Positions 18,234 to 27,712 are shown, counted from the stretch's first letter. The stretch: 64,000 nt of DNA from Candidatus Doudnabacteria bacterium (GCA_016218585.1 JACRDK010000006.1:1823-65822), one strand, 5' to 3'. Numbers and translations: made by a program. Notes: a model not told the origin generated them from the letters alone.

Positions 18234-21233
18234 ATGAGCAAGCTTCTGGAAAATCTAAATAAAGAGCAATTAGACGCGGTCAAGCACGGGCAAGGACCGC
18301 TTTTAATTGTAGCCGGAGCCGGAACCGGAAAAACCACGGTAATTACCAAACGCATTGCTTATTTAATTGAAGCGTGTTTTGCAAAACCGGACGAAATTTT
18401 AGCTTTAACTTTTACGGAAAAAGCCGCCGGGGAAATGCAGGAGAGGGTAGATTTGCTGCTTCCTTTGGGCTATCACGATATGTGGATTTCCACATTTCAC
18501 AGCTTCTGTGAAAGAATTTTGCAACAACACGGGCTAGATTTAGGCTTACCGGGAGACTTTAAACTTTTAAACGACACCAAGGCTTGGGTTTTAGTTCATA
18601 ACAACCTGGATAAATTCAATTTGAATTATTACAAACCCTTGGGCAATCCTAAAAAATTTATTTCCGCCCTGCTTAAACATTTTTCCCGCTGCAAAGATGA
18701 GCTTATAACTCCGGCTGCGTATTTGGAATATGCGGAGAGTTTAAAATTGGAGACCGACAATGCTGAAGGACTCTCCGGAAAGTCGGAAAGTCGGAAAGTC
18801 GGAAAACCAAAAAAATCCAAAACTCAAAACTCCGAGGCTCCGACTTCTGATTCTCCGATTCCCGACCCTTCCGAAATTCTCCGCATCCAGGAAATTGCCA
18901 ACGCCTACCACGTATATCAAAAATTGTTGCTCGACAATAATTATTTAGACTTTGGCGATCTGATAAATTATGCCCTGGAGCTTTTGCAAAAGCGCCCAAA
19001 AATCCTTGCTTTGTACCAAAAAAAGTTTAAATACTTAATGGTAGACGAATTTCAAGATACCAACTATGCCCAGTACCAATTGGTTAAAATTTTAGCCGGG
19101 CAGGCGGCCAATTTAACCGTGGTCGGGGACGACGACCAGTCAATTTACAAATTTCGCGGCGCCTCTGTTTCCAACATTTTAAAATTTCAGGAAGATTTTA
19201 GTTCAGCCAAACAAATTACCTTAGTCGAAAACTACCGCAGCACCCAGGAAATTTTAGACTTATCTTACGACTTTATTCAAGCCAACAATCCGGACCGCCT
19301 GGAGGTTAAATTAAAAATCGACAAAAAGCTCAAAAGCCAAGCCAAAGGTAAAAGCGTAATTGAGGTTTTGGAGGGCAAAGATTTAAGTGAGGAACTAAAT
19401 TCAATTGCAAAAAAAATTCTGGAAGTAAAGCAAGAGGTTCCTGCATCTACCTGGAATGACTTTGCTATTTTGTTAAGAAGCAATTCGGCTGCTGACGAGC
19501 TGTTGCCGATTTTGGCGCAATACAGCATTCCCCATACCTTTGTCGCCAACACCGGGCTGTATAAAAAACCGCTCATAGCGGACTTAATTGCATATTTTTC
19601 CTGCCTTGATAACTTTCACGATTCATTTGCGCTTTATCGGGTTTTGGGATTTAGCGAATTTAAGCTGCCACCGGAAGATTTAGCCAAGTTGCTTACCAAT
19701 TCAGCCAAAAAAACTTTAACGCTTTATGAAATTTTAGAAACCGCTGCGGCTTTCCCGGAAATTGGCTCGGGCAGCCAAAAGGTTATTCAAAAAATACTGG
19801 AAACTTTGCGCGCTCACGCAAAAATGGCTCAGGAAAAAAGCGCCAACGAAGTTTTCGTGGAAATAATTAAAGACTTAAAAATTGAACAGCTGCTGGAAGC
19901 GGACACCCTGGAAAATGCCGAAAACCGGGAATTACTAGAACAGTTTTACAAAAAAACCGAGACCTTTGTTCAGGAAAATTCAGACAAAAGCCTGCACTAT
20001 TTCCTATATTTGCTAAATATGGAAATTGAGGCGGGGGACGAAGGGCAAATTAAATTTGACCCTAATATGGGGCCGGAGAGCTTAAAAGTTCTAACTGTCC
20101 ACTCGGCAAAAGGCTTGGAATTTGAATATGTGTTTTTGCCTAATATGGTTGACCAACGTTTTCCCACCAGGGCCAGAGGCGACCAAATAGAAATTCCGCC
20201 AAAGCTAATTCAGGATATTTTGCCGGAAGGCGACTTTCACTTGCAGGAAGAGCGCCGCTTGTTTTACGTCGCGCTCACTCGCGCGAAAACCAGGCTATAT
20301 TTGTCGTGGGGCAAAGATTACGGCGGCGCCAAAACAAAAAAACCTTCCCTGTTCCTCCAAGAAACCAAATTAGTACCGGGGCTTATCACCAGCCAGGCAA
20401 CCGGAAAAGTTTTTTTCTCCAACTCAACGAAAAAAGACGTGGTCTTTAAAGTCTTGCCGGACAAATTCTCTTTTTCCGCCATCAAGGCCTTTGAAAATTG
20501 CCCGTTGCAATATAAATATCAATATTATTTAAAAATTCCGAGCCCCGGCAGCCCGTATTTTAGCTTTGGGCAGACTATGCACAAAGCATTTGAACTATAC
20601 TTAAAAGATTATCGCGGAAAATTAAACCAAAGCCAGCAGGATTTATTTTCTAAAAGCAAAACCGGCCAGGAATTGCCTCCTTTTAAGCTTTTAGAAGATC
20701 TATACGAAAAAAATTGGGTTGACGAATGGTACAAAAGCAAAAAACAAAAAGAAGATTACCGCAAAAGAGGCCGTGAGCTTCTAAAAACCTTCTATGGTTT
20801 TAGTTCGTTAAACCTGCCTAAGCCAAAATACTTAGAACAGTCTTTTTATTTGCCGCTCGGCCCTTATAAATTTACGGGAAAAATTGACCGCGCGGACGAA
20901 CTGCCGGAAGGGGGAATTGTTATTTTGGATTATAAGACCAGCGAAAAAATTCCCGACAAAAACGCCAAGGGCGATCTTGACCAGCTGTATATTTATCAAT
21001 GGGCAGCGGAAGAATTTTTAGGCGAAAAAGTGGGAAAAATGGCTTATTGGTATTTGCAGGATAATAAATTTTTGGAAGAAAACGTCGCCAGTAAGGATGA
21101 AATTGAAAAGCTCAAAGCCGGACTGTTGGAGATTATTGAAAAAATCGTTCATACTACCAAGTATGACCTGTTTAAAGAGCTGCACCAAAAAACCAAAGAA
21201 CATAACTGCCAATATGAAATGCTGGAAAGCTAA
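18234..21233 (+). CDS. UvrD/PcrA/AddA-family DNA helicase with C-terminal RecB-family PD-(D/E)XK nuclease domain
   Basis: Motif I AGAGTGKTTV, UvrD motifs (VDEFQDT, TVHSAKGLEFE, YVALTRAK). C-terminal GIVILDYKTS and QLYIYQW nuclease motifs. Start at the ATG MSKLLENLNKEQL. Confidence 0.85.
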   Translation: MSKLLENLNKEQLDAVKHGQGPLLIVAGAGTGKTTVITKRIAYLIEACFAKPDEILALTFTEKAAGEMQERVDLLLPLGYHDMWISTFHSFCERILQQHGLDLGLPGDFKLLNDTKAWVLVHNNLDKFNLNYYKPLGNPKKFISALLKHFSRCKDELITPAAYLEYAESLKLETDNAEGLSGKSESRKVGKPKKSKTQNSEAPTSDSPIPDPSEILRIQEIANAYHVYQKLLLDNNYLDFGDLINYALELLQKRPKILALYQKKFKYLMVDEFQDTNYAQYQLVKILAGQAANLTVVGDDDQSIYKFRGASVSNILKFQEDFSSAKQITLVENYRSTQEILDLSYDFIQANNPDRLEVKLKIDKKLKSQAKGKSVIEVLEGKDLSEELNSIAKKILEVKQEVPASTWNDFAILLRSNSAADELLPILAQYSIPHTFVANTGLYKKPLIADLIAYFSCLDNFHDSFALYRVLGFSEFKLPPEDLAKLLTNSAKKTLTLYEILETAAAFPEIGSGSQKVIQKILETLRAHAKMAQEKSANEVFVEIIKDLKIEQLLEADTLENAENRELLEQFYKKTETFVQENSDKSLHYFLYLLNMEIEAGDEGQIKFDPNMGPESLKVLTVHSAKGLEFEYVFLPNMVDQRFPTRARGDQIEIPPKLIQDILPEGDFHLQEERRLFYVALTRAKTRLYLSWGKDYGGAKTKKPSLFLQETKLVPGLITSQATGKVFFSNSTKKDVVFKVLPDKFSFSAIKAFENCPLQYKYQYYLKIPSPGSPYFSFGQTMHKAFELYLKDYRGKLNQSQQDLFSKSKTGQELPPFKLLEDLYEKNWVDEWYKSKKQKEDYRKRGRELLKTFYGFSSLNLPKPKYLEQSFYLPLGPYKFTGKIDRADELPEGGIVILDYKTSEKIPDKNAKGDLDQLYIYQWAAEEFLGEKVGKMAYWYLQDNKFLEENVASKDEIEKLKAGLLEIIEKIVHTTKYDLFKELHQKTKEHNCQYEMLES

Positions 21234-21260
21234 TATAAAATAACGTGAGTCTAGAAACCT

Positions 21261-21361
21261 CTGTCATCCCGGAATCCCGATTTATCGGGATATCCGGGAT
21301 CCAGAACTTGGCTTAAATACTGGATCCCGGGTCTCAGATGCATTCGCCCGGGATGACACAG
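21261..21361 (+). other. GC-rich multi-hairpin structured element (candidate ncRNA or REP-like element)
   Basis: Outer stem ctgtcatcccgg/ccgggatgacacag encloses hairpins atcccgaTTTATcgggat and ccgggatccag-15nt-ctggatcccgg. Confidence 0.35.
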
Positions 21362-21378
21362 TAAGGGTTTTTGGGTTC

Positions 21379-21801
21379 ATGTTTAGAATAACTTTCCCAA
21401 ACAGCGAAAAATGTGGTATAATTTTTATGTCAAATAAGCCAAAACAACATTTATTTTTAATTGGTTTCAGCACATTGCTAACGGCTTTCTCGCTGGCATC
21501 TATTATTAATTTTACCGATCCGCAAACCGCTTCGTTTTTAACATTCTCTTTTTTTTATATTAGTTTGTTTTTAATGTCGCTTGGTTTATTTACCCTAATT
21601 GGACTGCTAATAAGGCAGCAAATTAACCCCGGGCATTACATAGCAAATTTGAGCAACAGTTTCCGGCAAGCGCTTCTGCTGTCTCTGCTTATTACCATTT
21701 CCATGGTTTTGCTTTCAAAACAATTGCTCTTTTGGTGGATTGAATTAACATTAATATTATTTTTTTCATTTATTGAGGCCTTGCTCAATTTAAAAATCTA
21801 A
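21379..21801 (+). CDS. hypothetical integral membrane protein
   Basis: 140 aa, 4 hydrophobic helices. Confidence 0.5.
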   Translation: MFRITFPNSEKCGIIFMSNKPKQHLFLIGFSTLLTAFSLASIINFTDPQTASFLTFSFFYISLFLMSLGLFTLIGLLIRQQINPGHYIANLSNSFRQALLLSLLITISMVLLSKQLLFWWIELTLILFFSFIEALLNLKI

Positions 21802-21811
21802 AACAAAAAAA

Positions 21812-23299
21812 ATGGACTTAAATTTAACCCCAAAAAGCCCCGGTTTGCCCGGCCAAAACCCCGCCCCTTCTGACCCAACGCAAGCAAAAGAAAACGAACA
21901 GCAGGAAGGCGAGGAATATTTATTTTTTAATGTGATGCCAAAAAATAAAAGCAAGGAAAATATTGTGGAACCATCGGTAAAAATTGCGGAGCAGGTAAAA
22001 GAGCCAAACAAGTCAGGGGAGTTTTTTAAAAAATACCGCCTATACATAATTGGCGTCGTCGCGCTTTTAATATTGGCTCCATTAGTTTATTTTTTAATTG
22101 GTAAATTTGGCGGGGGAAGCGGGGAGAGCGACATTAAAATAAATACGCCTCCTCCAAAAATTAAAAATACAAGCACATCGACCCCCTTAAACTCCGAAAA
22201 CACAACAACCCCTCAGGAATGGCGCGATAAATATTTTACCGGCTGCCAAGACGAGAAAATTTGCGGCGACGCAGCAGACCCGGACCACGACGGTTTAACC
22301 AACATTCAGGAAAACAGCCTGACCACCGACCCAAATAACCCGGATTCAGACCAGGATGGACTGTCTGACGGCGATGAAGTAAATGTTTTTGGCAGCAGCC
22401 CTTCAAACAGCCATACGGGGAGAGACAGAAACTACAACGATGCTGATTACATTAAAGGAGCTTTTGACTTTTCCTCGGACAAAAGTTTGAGCCGCGAACA
22501 AATTGCTGCTCTTTCGGCAAAAATGACCCAGTTCGGCTTGCACACAACTACCATAACCACTTTGGGGGACATTCTTTTAAAGACCTATAATTTTAATGGA
22601 CAGGGGGATTCAAGCGGCAATGCAACAACCACTCCCGCAAGCGGAACAGCAACATCAACCATTAGCGGTTTTGATATGTCGGTGGAAGCAAAACAGGACA
22701 GAGACACCCAACGGTCAAGCACAATAAAAAATATTGAAAGCGCACTTGTAAAGTACTACACGGACAATAAAGCTTACCCGGCCTCCGCAAACTTTTCCGA
22801 TATGTTTCAAAAAGTTAAGCCCTACTTAAAAGTTGCCACCAATGCGCTAGACCCAATTAACCAAGACCCTTTTATTTACGGTTATGCGTCATCCAATAAC
22901 GGAGCGGACTTTACTTTGTCATTTTTCAGCGAAGTTGCCAACCAAATTATAAAAAAGCATGGGGCTGATGCACAAAAAGATTCGGCCGTCGAACAATCCG
23001 GAATTTATGACGACCAAAGGCAGAATGACTTAGAGAGCATTAGAACGGCATTGTTGCTTTACTCAAATAAAAATGTAGCGGGAACCCAGGATTATGTTTT
23101 TCCCAGCGTAGAAAAATATAAAACCGCGTTGGTGCCTGAATTTATTTCCGCTATTCCAAAAGACCCAAAAACCGGACAGGATTACGAATATAAGGTTTCG
23201 GACACATTTAACACCTTTACATTAAAAGCAGCCCTAGACAACGCCCCGAGCGGAACAAGCGGCTACTTGTGTAACCAGGAAGATTGCCGCAATTATTAA
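21812..23299 (+). CDS. membrane-anchored surface protein with thrombospondin-type-3-like Ca-binding repeats and two pilin-like C-terminal domains
   Basis: TM helix near residue 76-96. DPDHDGLTN...DPNNPDSDQDGLSDGDE repeats. Two copies of pilin-like motif (TIKNIESALVKYYTDNKAYP, LESIRTALLLYSNKNVAG). Confidence 0.55.
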   Translation: MDLNLTPKSPGLPGQNPAPSDPTQAKENEQQEGEEYLFFNVMPKNKSKENIVEPSVKIAEQVKEPNKSGEFFKKYRLYIIGVVALLILAPLVYFLIGKFGGGSGESDIKINTPPPKIKNTSTSTPLNSENTTTPQEWRDKYFTGCQDEKICGDAADPDHDGLTNIQENSLTTDPNNPDSDQDGLSDGDEVNVFGSSPSNSHTGRDRNYNDADYIKGAFDFSSDKSLSREQIAALSAKMTQFGLHTTTITTLGDILLKTYNFNGQGDSSGNATTTPASGTATSTISGFDMSVEAKQDRDTQRSSTIKNIESALVKYYTDNKAYPASANFSDMFQKVKPYLKVATNALDPINQDPFIYGYASSNNGADFTLSFFSEVANQIIKKHGADAQKDSAVEQSGIYDDQRQNDLESIRTALLLYSNKNVAGTQDYVFPSVEKYKTALVPEFISAIPKDPKTGQDYEYKVSDTFNTFTLKAALDNAPSGTSGYLCNQEDCRNY

Positions 23300-23410
23300 G
23301 CACCCAATTTTTACTAAATACTAATTTTATACCAATATACCAATCCTGTGCTTCTGTGCCCATTAGTATATTAGTAGAGATTGGTATTTAGTAAAGAGAG
23401 CTAATTATTT

Positions 23411-23836
23411 ATGAATTTTTTTAAACAATTTTTTTCTTTTAAGTCAAAAAATACTTTTACCACGCAACCGCTAATTATCGCTGCTAAGGTTATTGCCATA
23501 GAAAAACATCCCAACGCCGACCGCCTAAGAATAATCAAGCTGGATGGCGGAGGCAAAGAAATATATCCGGTAGTTTGCGGGGCATTTAATTTTAGCGAAG
23601 GCGCCATGGTAATCTTGGCCTTGCCCGGAGCGACAATTGCCCAAAATATTCATTCTGAAACTCATGAACCGTTCACTTTAGAAAAAGCAAAGATTCGCGG
23701 GACAACCAGCGAGGGCATGGTTTGCGCGGCCTTTGAACTAGGCCTTTCAAGCGAACCGGGACAGGGAATTGCCCTGCTTAAAGACAATGTAGAGCCAGGC
23801 AGCCAATTTACCCCTGAGATGATTAAAGCCTTGTAA
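23411..23836 (+). CDS. stand-alone tRNA-binding domain protein (Trbp111/CsaA/PheT-N-terminal-like)
   Basis: AKVIAIEKHPNADRLRIIKLDGGG...YPVVCGA..F..G..V..A.PGA motif of the EMAP/Myf tRNA-binding fold. Confidence 0.7.
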   Translation: MNFFKQFFSFKSKNTFTTQPLIIAAKVIAIEKHPNADRLRIIKLDGGGKEIYPVVCGAFNFSEGAMVILALPGATIAQNIHSETHEPFTLEKAKIRGTTSEGMVCAAFELGLSSEPGQGIALLKDNVEPGSQFTPEMIKAL

Positions 23837-23849
23837 AAAAGGCTTTTTT
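23825..23849 (+). terminator. terminator aaagccttGTAAAAAaggctttttt
   Basis: Overlaps stop codon of 23411 gene. Confidence 0.5.
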
Positions 23850-23894
23850 AGAATAAAATTACATCACTAATTAAGTTAATTTAAGCTGACAGAT

Positions 23895-25037
23895 ATGAAA
23901 GAACAAATTGTTATAAATACGGATGAAGAAAAACGTTTAAGGGGAGAGTTGGAAAAAAGAACCGACTTTGAAGCCCAAAGAATTAGGCGCTACTTGAGCA
24001 TGCCAGACCTCTCTCGCACCCCCGAAAGCCCAATTGCGGAAATTGTTAAAAGGATTTTAAACAGCCCGTATTTTAAAGATTTAGACACAATTCAAATTCC
24101 GGAAATAGTCCCGGCCGATATTAGCTTTGATTTATTTGACTTTGCCCCGGACCATCCGGCTAGAAGCAAGTCTGATACCTACTACGTTGATGACAAAAAC
24201 ATTCTCCGCACCCACACCACGGTTATGTGGTATTACTACTTGCAAAACGAGGAAGTAAAAAAACGCATAGCCAACAACGAAGCTGTCGGAAGTTTTTGTT
24301 TTGGCAAAGTTTATCGCAAAGATGAAATCGACAGAAAGCATATGAACGTTTTTCACCAGATTGACGGTTGGTATTTAGCGCCAAAATCTTTAAAGACCAT
24401 TACCCAGACCGACCTGGAAGAATCTTTAGGCAACATTGCCAAAGCCGTTTTCGGAGAAAACGTAAAGTACCGCTTAAACAAAGATACTTTCCCGTACACG
24501 GACCCTTCCTTAGAAATGGAAGTAGACATTAACGGCAGCTGGGTTGAAGTTGTCGGATGCGGCGTGGTGAAGGGAAGCGTGCTGGAAAAATTAGGAGTTG
24601 ATTCCAAAAATTATACCGGCTGGGCATTTGGTTTTGGCTTGGAGCGCTTGGCAATAACCAGTATGGAACTTCCGGATATCCGCCTGCTCTGGTCAGACGA
24701 CGAGCGCGTAAAAAAACAACTGGTCTTAGGACAAAAATTTGTGGAAGTTAGCAAGTATCCTCCAATTACCCGAGACATTTCTTTTATTGTAGACAATTCA
24801 TTCGTGCCAAATAATTATTTCGATTTAATTAGAGAAATTGGCGGTGACTTAATTGAACAAGTTGAGCTGCTGGATAAATATGAAAATAAAGAAAAGTTTG
24901 GCGAAGGAAAAGTAAGCTACACTTACCGGGTAGTCTACCGCAGCACCGACAGAACCCTAAAAACAGAGGAAGTAGACCCCCTGCAAAGCAAGCTCTATGA
25001 AGAAACAAAAAGCATTTATAATGCTCAATTAAGATAG
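23895..25037 (+). CDS. pheS: phenylalanine-tRNA ligase, mitochondrial-type monomeric form (PheS catalytic core + C-terminal FDX-ACB anticodon-binding domain)
   Basis: Class II motifs (FDLFDFAPDHPARSKSDTYY, LRTHTT, FCFGKVYRKDEID, GWAFGFGLERLA). C-terminal SKYPPITRDISFIV...FDLIREIGGDLIEQVELLDKY...YRVVYRSTDRTLKTEEV matches the FDX-ACB domain and is strikingly similar to human FARS2. Confidence 0.8.
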   Translation: MKEQIVINTDEEKRLRGELEKRTDFEAQRIRRYLSMPDLSRTPESPIAEIVKRILNSPYFKDLDTIQIPEIVPADISFDLFDFAPDHPARSKSDTYYVDDKNILRTHTTVMWYYYLQNEEVKKRIANNEAVGSFCFGKVYRKDEIDRKHMNVFHQIDGWYLAPKSLKTITQTDLEESLGNIAKAVFGENVKYRLNKDTFPYTDPSLEMEVDINGSWVEVVGCGVVKGSVLEKLGVDSKNYTGWAFGFGLERLAITSMELPDIRLLWSDDERVKKQLVLGQKFVEVSKYPPITRDISFIVDNSFVPNNYFDLIREIGGDLIEQVELLDKYENKEKFGEGKVSYTYRVVYRSTDRTLKTEEVDPLQSKLYEETKSIYNAQLR

Positions 25038-25059
25038 TAAATTGTTGATAACTTTTTAT

Positions 25060-25094
25060 AACAAAAATCCCTTTTAATTAAAAGGGATTTTGTT
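25060..25094. terminator. bidirectional terminator (perfect 15-bp stem aacaaaaatccctttt/aaaagggattttgtt)
   Basis: Long perfect hairpin with A/T-rich flanks. Confidence 0.55.
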
Positions 25095-25123
25095 ATTAGA
25101 GCACTAGTAAAAATTGCTGAAAT

Positions 25124-25429
25124 ATGATAAAATATAAGCATATGTCATTAGCAGAATTTGAGCGAAAATACGATCCAATTGACCGGCTCTCACAGCTTCT
25201 TCTAGACAGTAAAAAGGCCCCTGAAGGACTGATTGGGAGCCCTGATTCTGATTTAGAAGCAGCGGCGGCCGTAAAAGACATTACTCACAGGGCACTGGAA
25301 CTGGTAGGAGAAATACAAAAAAATTTTCCCACTGACTATAAAGACAAAATTTTATCTTTACTAGAAGCTAACGAACACAATACACCTAAAATTTTATCCT
25401 CAATTATTAAGAACGAATTAAATAAATGA
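25124..25429 (+). CDS. hypothetical protein
   Basis: 101-aa ORF overlapping gyrB start by 4 nt (ATGA). Confidence 0.4.
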   Translation: MIKYKHMSLAEFERKYDPIDRLSQLLLDSKKAPEGLIGSPDSDLEAAAAVKDITHRALELVGEIQKNFPTDYKDKILSLLEANEHNTPKILSSIIKNELNK

Positions 25430-27474
25430 CCAAAGAAGAGAAGAACAAAAAATCCAATAGCTATACAGCTGAAAATATTACTGTACTTGAAGGCCTTGAG
25501 CCTGTCCGTAAGCGCCCGGGAATGTACATTGGGTCAACTTCCGTAACCGGACTGCACCACTTAGTATGGGAAATAGTAGACAACTCGGTAGACGAAGCCA
25601 TGGCTGGGCACGCGGACAAAGTTTGGGTGCTTATGCAAAAAGACGGCGGAGTAAGCGTTCTGGATAACGGGCGCGGAATTCCGGTTGATGTTCACAAAAC
25701 CACCAAAAAATCCGGTTTGGAAACCGTACTAACCGTGCTGCATGCCGGAGGAAAATTTGGCGGGGAAGCATCCGGCTATAAAGTATCCGGCGGTCTTCAT
25801 GGCGTGGGTGCCAGCGTGGTTAACGCGCTTTCCACAAAATTAGTAGCCCAGGTTTACAAGGACGGAAAAATTTACGAACAAAGCTATAAAATTGGAAAGC
25901 CCCAGGGACAAATAAAAGTAGTCGGCAAACTAGACAAAGACGAACCAATTCAGCACGGCACCAGAATTACTTTTTATCCGGACGACACGATTTTTGAAAC
26001 CGTTAAATTTAATTTTAAAACCATTCTGGAACATTTGCGCAGCCAGGCTTATTTAACCAAGGGCTTGCATTTTGTAATTACCGACGAAGCAGAAGGCCTA
26101 ACCTATCAATATTTCTTTGAAGGCGGAATTTTAAGCTACCTTAAACAGTTTAACCGCAACAAAAAAACCAAATCACAGGCAGTTTATATTGCCAAACAGG
26201 TTGGGGACGTTGCTTTGGAAGTCGCCATCCAGTACACCGACGACTTTGAGGAACGCATTTTATCTTACGCTAACAATGTTTACACTCCCGAGGGCGGTAT
26301 GCACGTAACCGGTTTCCGTACCGCGTTAACCAGAGTTATTAATTCTTACGCGACTAAAAATAATTACGTAAAGGAAAGCGAAAAACTAACAGGTGAAGAT
26401 ATGCGCGAAGGACTTTCGGCAATTATTTCCGTTAAGCTTCCTAACCCGCAATTTGAAGGACAGACCAAGGCCAAGCTAGGCAACCCGGAAGTAAGAACCG
26501 CAGCCGAAGCCGTAGTTGGCGAGGCTTTAGAAATTTATTTGGAAGAACATCCGCAGGAAGCCGGAAAAATTATTGAAAAAGTTATTTTGGCCGCCAAAGC
26601 CAGAATGGCAGCCAGAGCAGCCAGAGATTCCGTAATCCGCAAAGGCGTATTGGAAGGTTTGGCGCTGCCCGGAAAATTAGCCGACTGTTCCGAATCAGAT
26701 CCGGCGAAATGCGAAATGTATATTGTTGAGGGAGAAAGCGCCGGCGGTACCGCCAAACAAGGGCGCGACCGACGTTTCCAGGCCATTCTTTCTATGCGCG
26801 GTAAAATTTTAAACGTGGAAAGAGCCAGAATGGACAGAATGCTGGCTAACCAAGAAATTAAAAATATTATTATTGCTCTCGGCGCAGGCATTGGCGAAAT
26901 GTTCGACGTAGCTAAATTGCGTTATCACCGCATTGTAATTATGACCGATGCCGACGTAGACGGTTCTCACATCCGCACTCTTTTGCTCACTTTGTTTTAC
27001 CGCTACTTCCCGGATATTATAAAAAACGGCTACGTTTATATTGCCCAGCCGCCGCTATTTAAAGTTCAAGTTGGCCGGGATGCCAAATACGCTTTCTCTG
27101 ACGACCAGCGCGACGAAGTCTTAAAAGAATTGGTTAAGGCGGCAAAAGAAAAGAAGGCCGCCAACAAAAAAGCCAAAGGTGAAACCGAAAGCCCGGACAA
27201 CCAGGCCGAGGTTTCTACTGTGGAGGAAACAACCGGCGGAAATATAGACGGCATTAAATATAGCATCCAGCGCTACAAAGGTTTGGGTGAAATGAATGCC
27301 GAGCAGCTTTGGGAAACAACTATGGATCCGGCCGCCAGAGTTATGCTTCAGGTAAATATTAAAGACGCGGAAAAAGTTTCGGAAATTTTTGAAATTTTAA
27401 TGGGCGATGAAGTAGCCCCGCGCAAACGCTTTATTACCACCCACGCTAAAGCTGTCAAGAATTTAGACATCTAA
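25426..27474 (+). CDS. gyrB: DNA gyrase subunit B
   Basis: GHKL ATPase motifs (LEGLEPVRKRPGMYIGS, GLHGVGASVVNALS), Toprim EGESAGG, C-terminal domain. Confidence 0.9.
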   Translation: MTKEEKNKKSNSYTAENITVLEGLEPVRKRPGMYIGSTSVTGLHHLVWEIVDNSVDEAMAGHADKVWVLMQKDGGVSVLDNGRGIPVDVHKTTKKSGLETVLTVLHAGGKFGGEASGYKVSGGLHGVGASVVNALSTKLVAQVYKDGKIYEQSYKIGKPQGQIKVVGKLDKDEPIQHGTRITFYPDDTIFETVKFNFKTILEHLRSQAYLTKGLHFVITDEAEGLTYQYFFEGGILSYLKQFNRNKKTKSQAVYIAKQVGDVALEVAIQYTDDFEERILSYANNVYTPEGGMHVTGFRTALTRVINSYATKNNYVKESEKLTGEDMREGLSAIISVKLPNPQFEGQTKAKLGNPEVRTAAEAVVGEALEIYLEEHPQEAGKIIEKVILAAKARMAARAARDSVIRKGVLEGLALPGKLADCSESDPAKCEMYIVEGESAGGTAKQGRDRRFQAILSMRGKILNVERARMDRMLANQEIKNIIIALGAGIGEMFDVAKLRYHRIVIMTDADVDGSHIRTLLLTLFYRYFPDIIKNGYVYIAQPPLFKVQVGRDAKYAFSDDQRDEVLKELVKAAKEKKAANKKAKGETESPDNQAEVSTVEETTGGNIDGIKYSIQRYKGLGEMNAEQLWETTMDPAARVMLQVNIKDAEKVSEIFEILMGDEVAPRKRFITTHAKAVKNLDI

Positions 27475-27712
27475 ATTCTTGACCCTAAGCTTGCCGGACG
27501 AGTAAAAAACTTGAATATATAATTGGGAGAATTAAGAATACTGAATTAAGAATAAAGGATACTGATAACAGATAGGGAAGTGCCAATAAATCTGTATAAA
27601 GATTGACACGGACTAAATTTTCCATTAACATATACGCAGTCTAATAAATCTTACGAAGTACCAAATAGATAAGAATGTACGAAGCGTCTATCTGTTTTAT
27701 TTCGTAAATCCG

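Noticed and set aside
18777-18806. CRISPR-like direct repeats
   Set aside because: Only three 8-nt units with no spacers, inside a coding region. No repeat-spacer array and no cas genes anywhere in the window.
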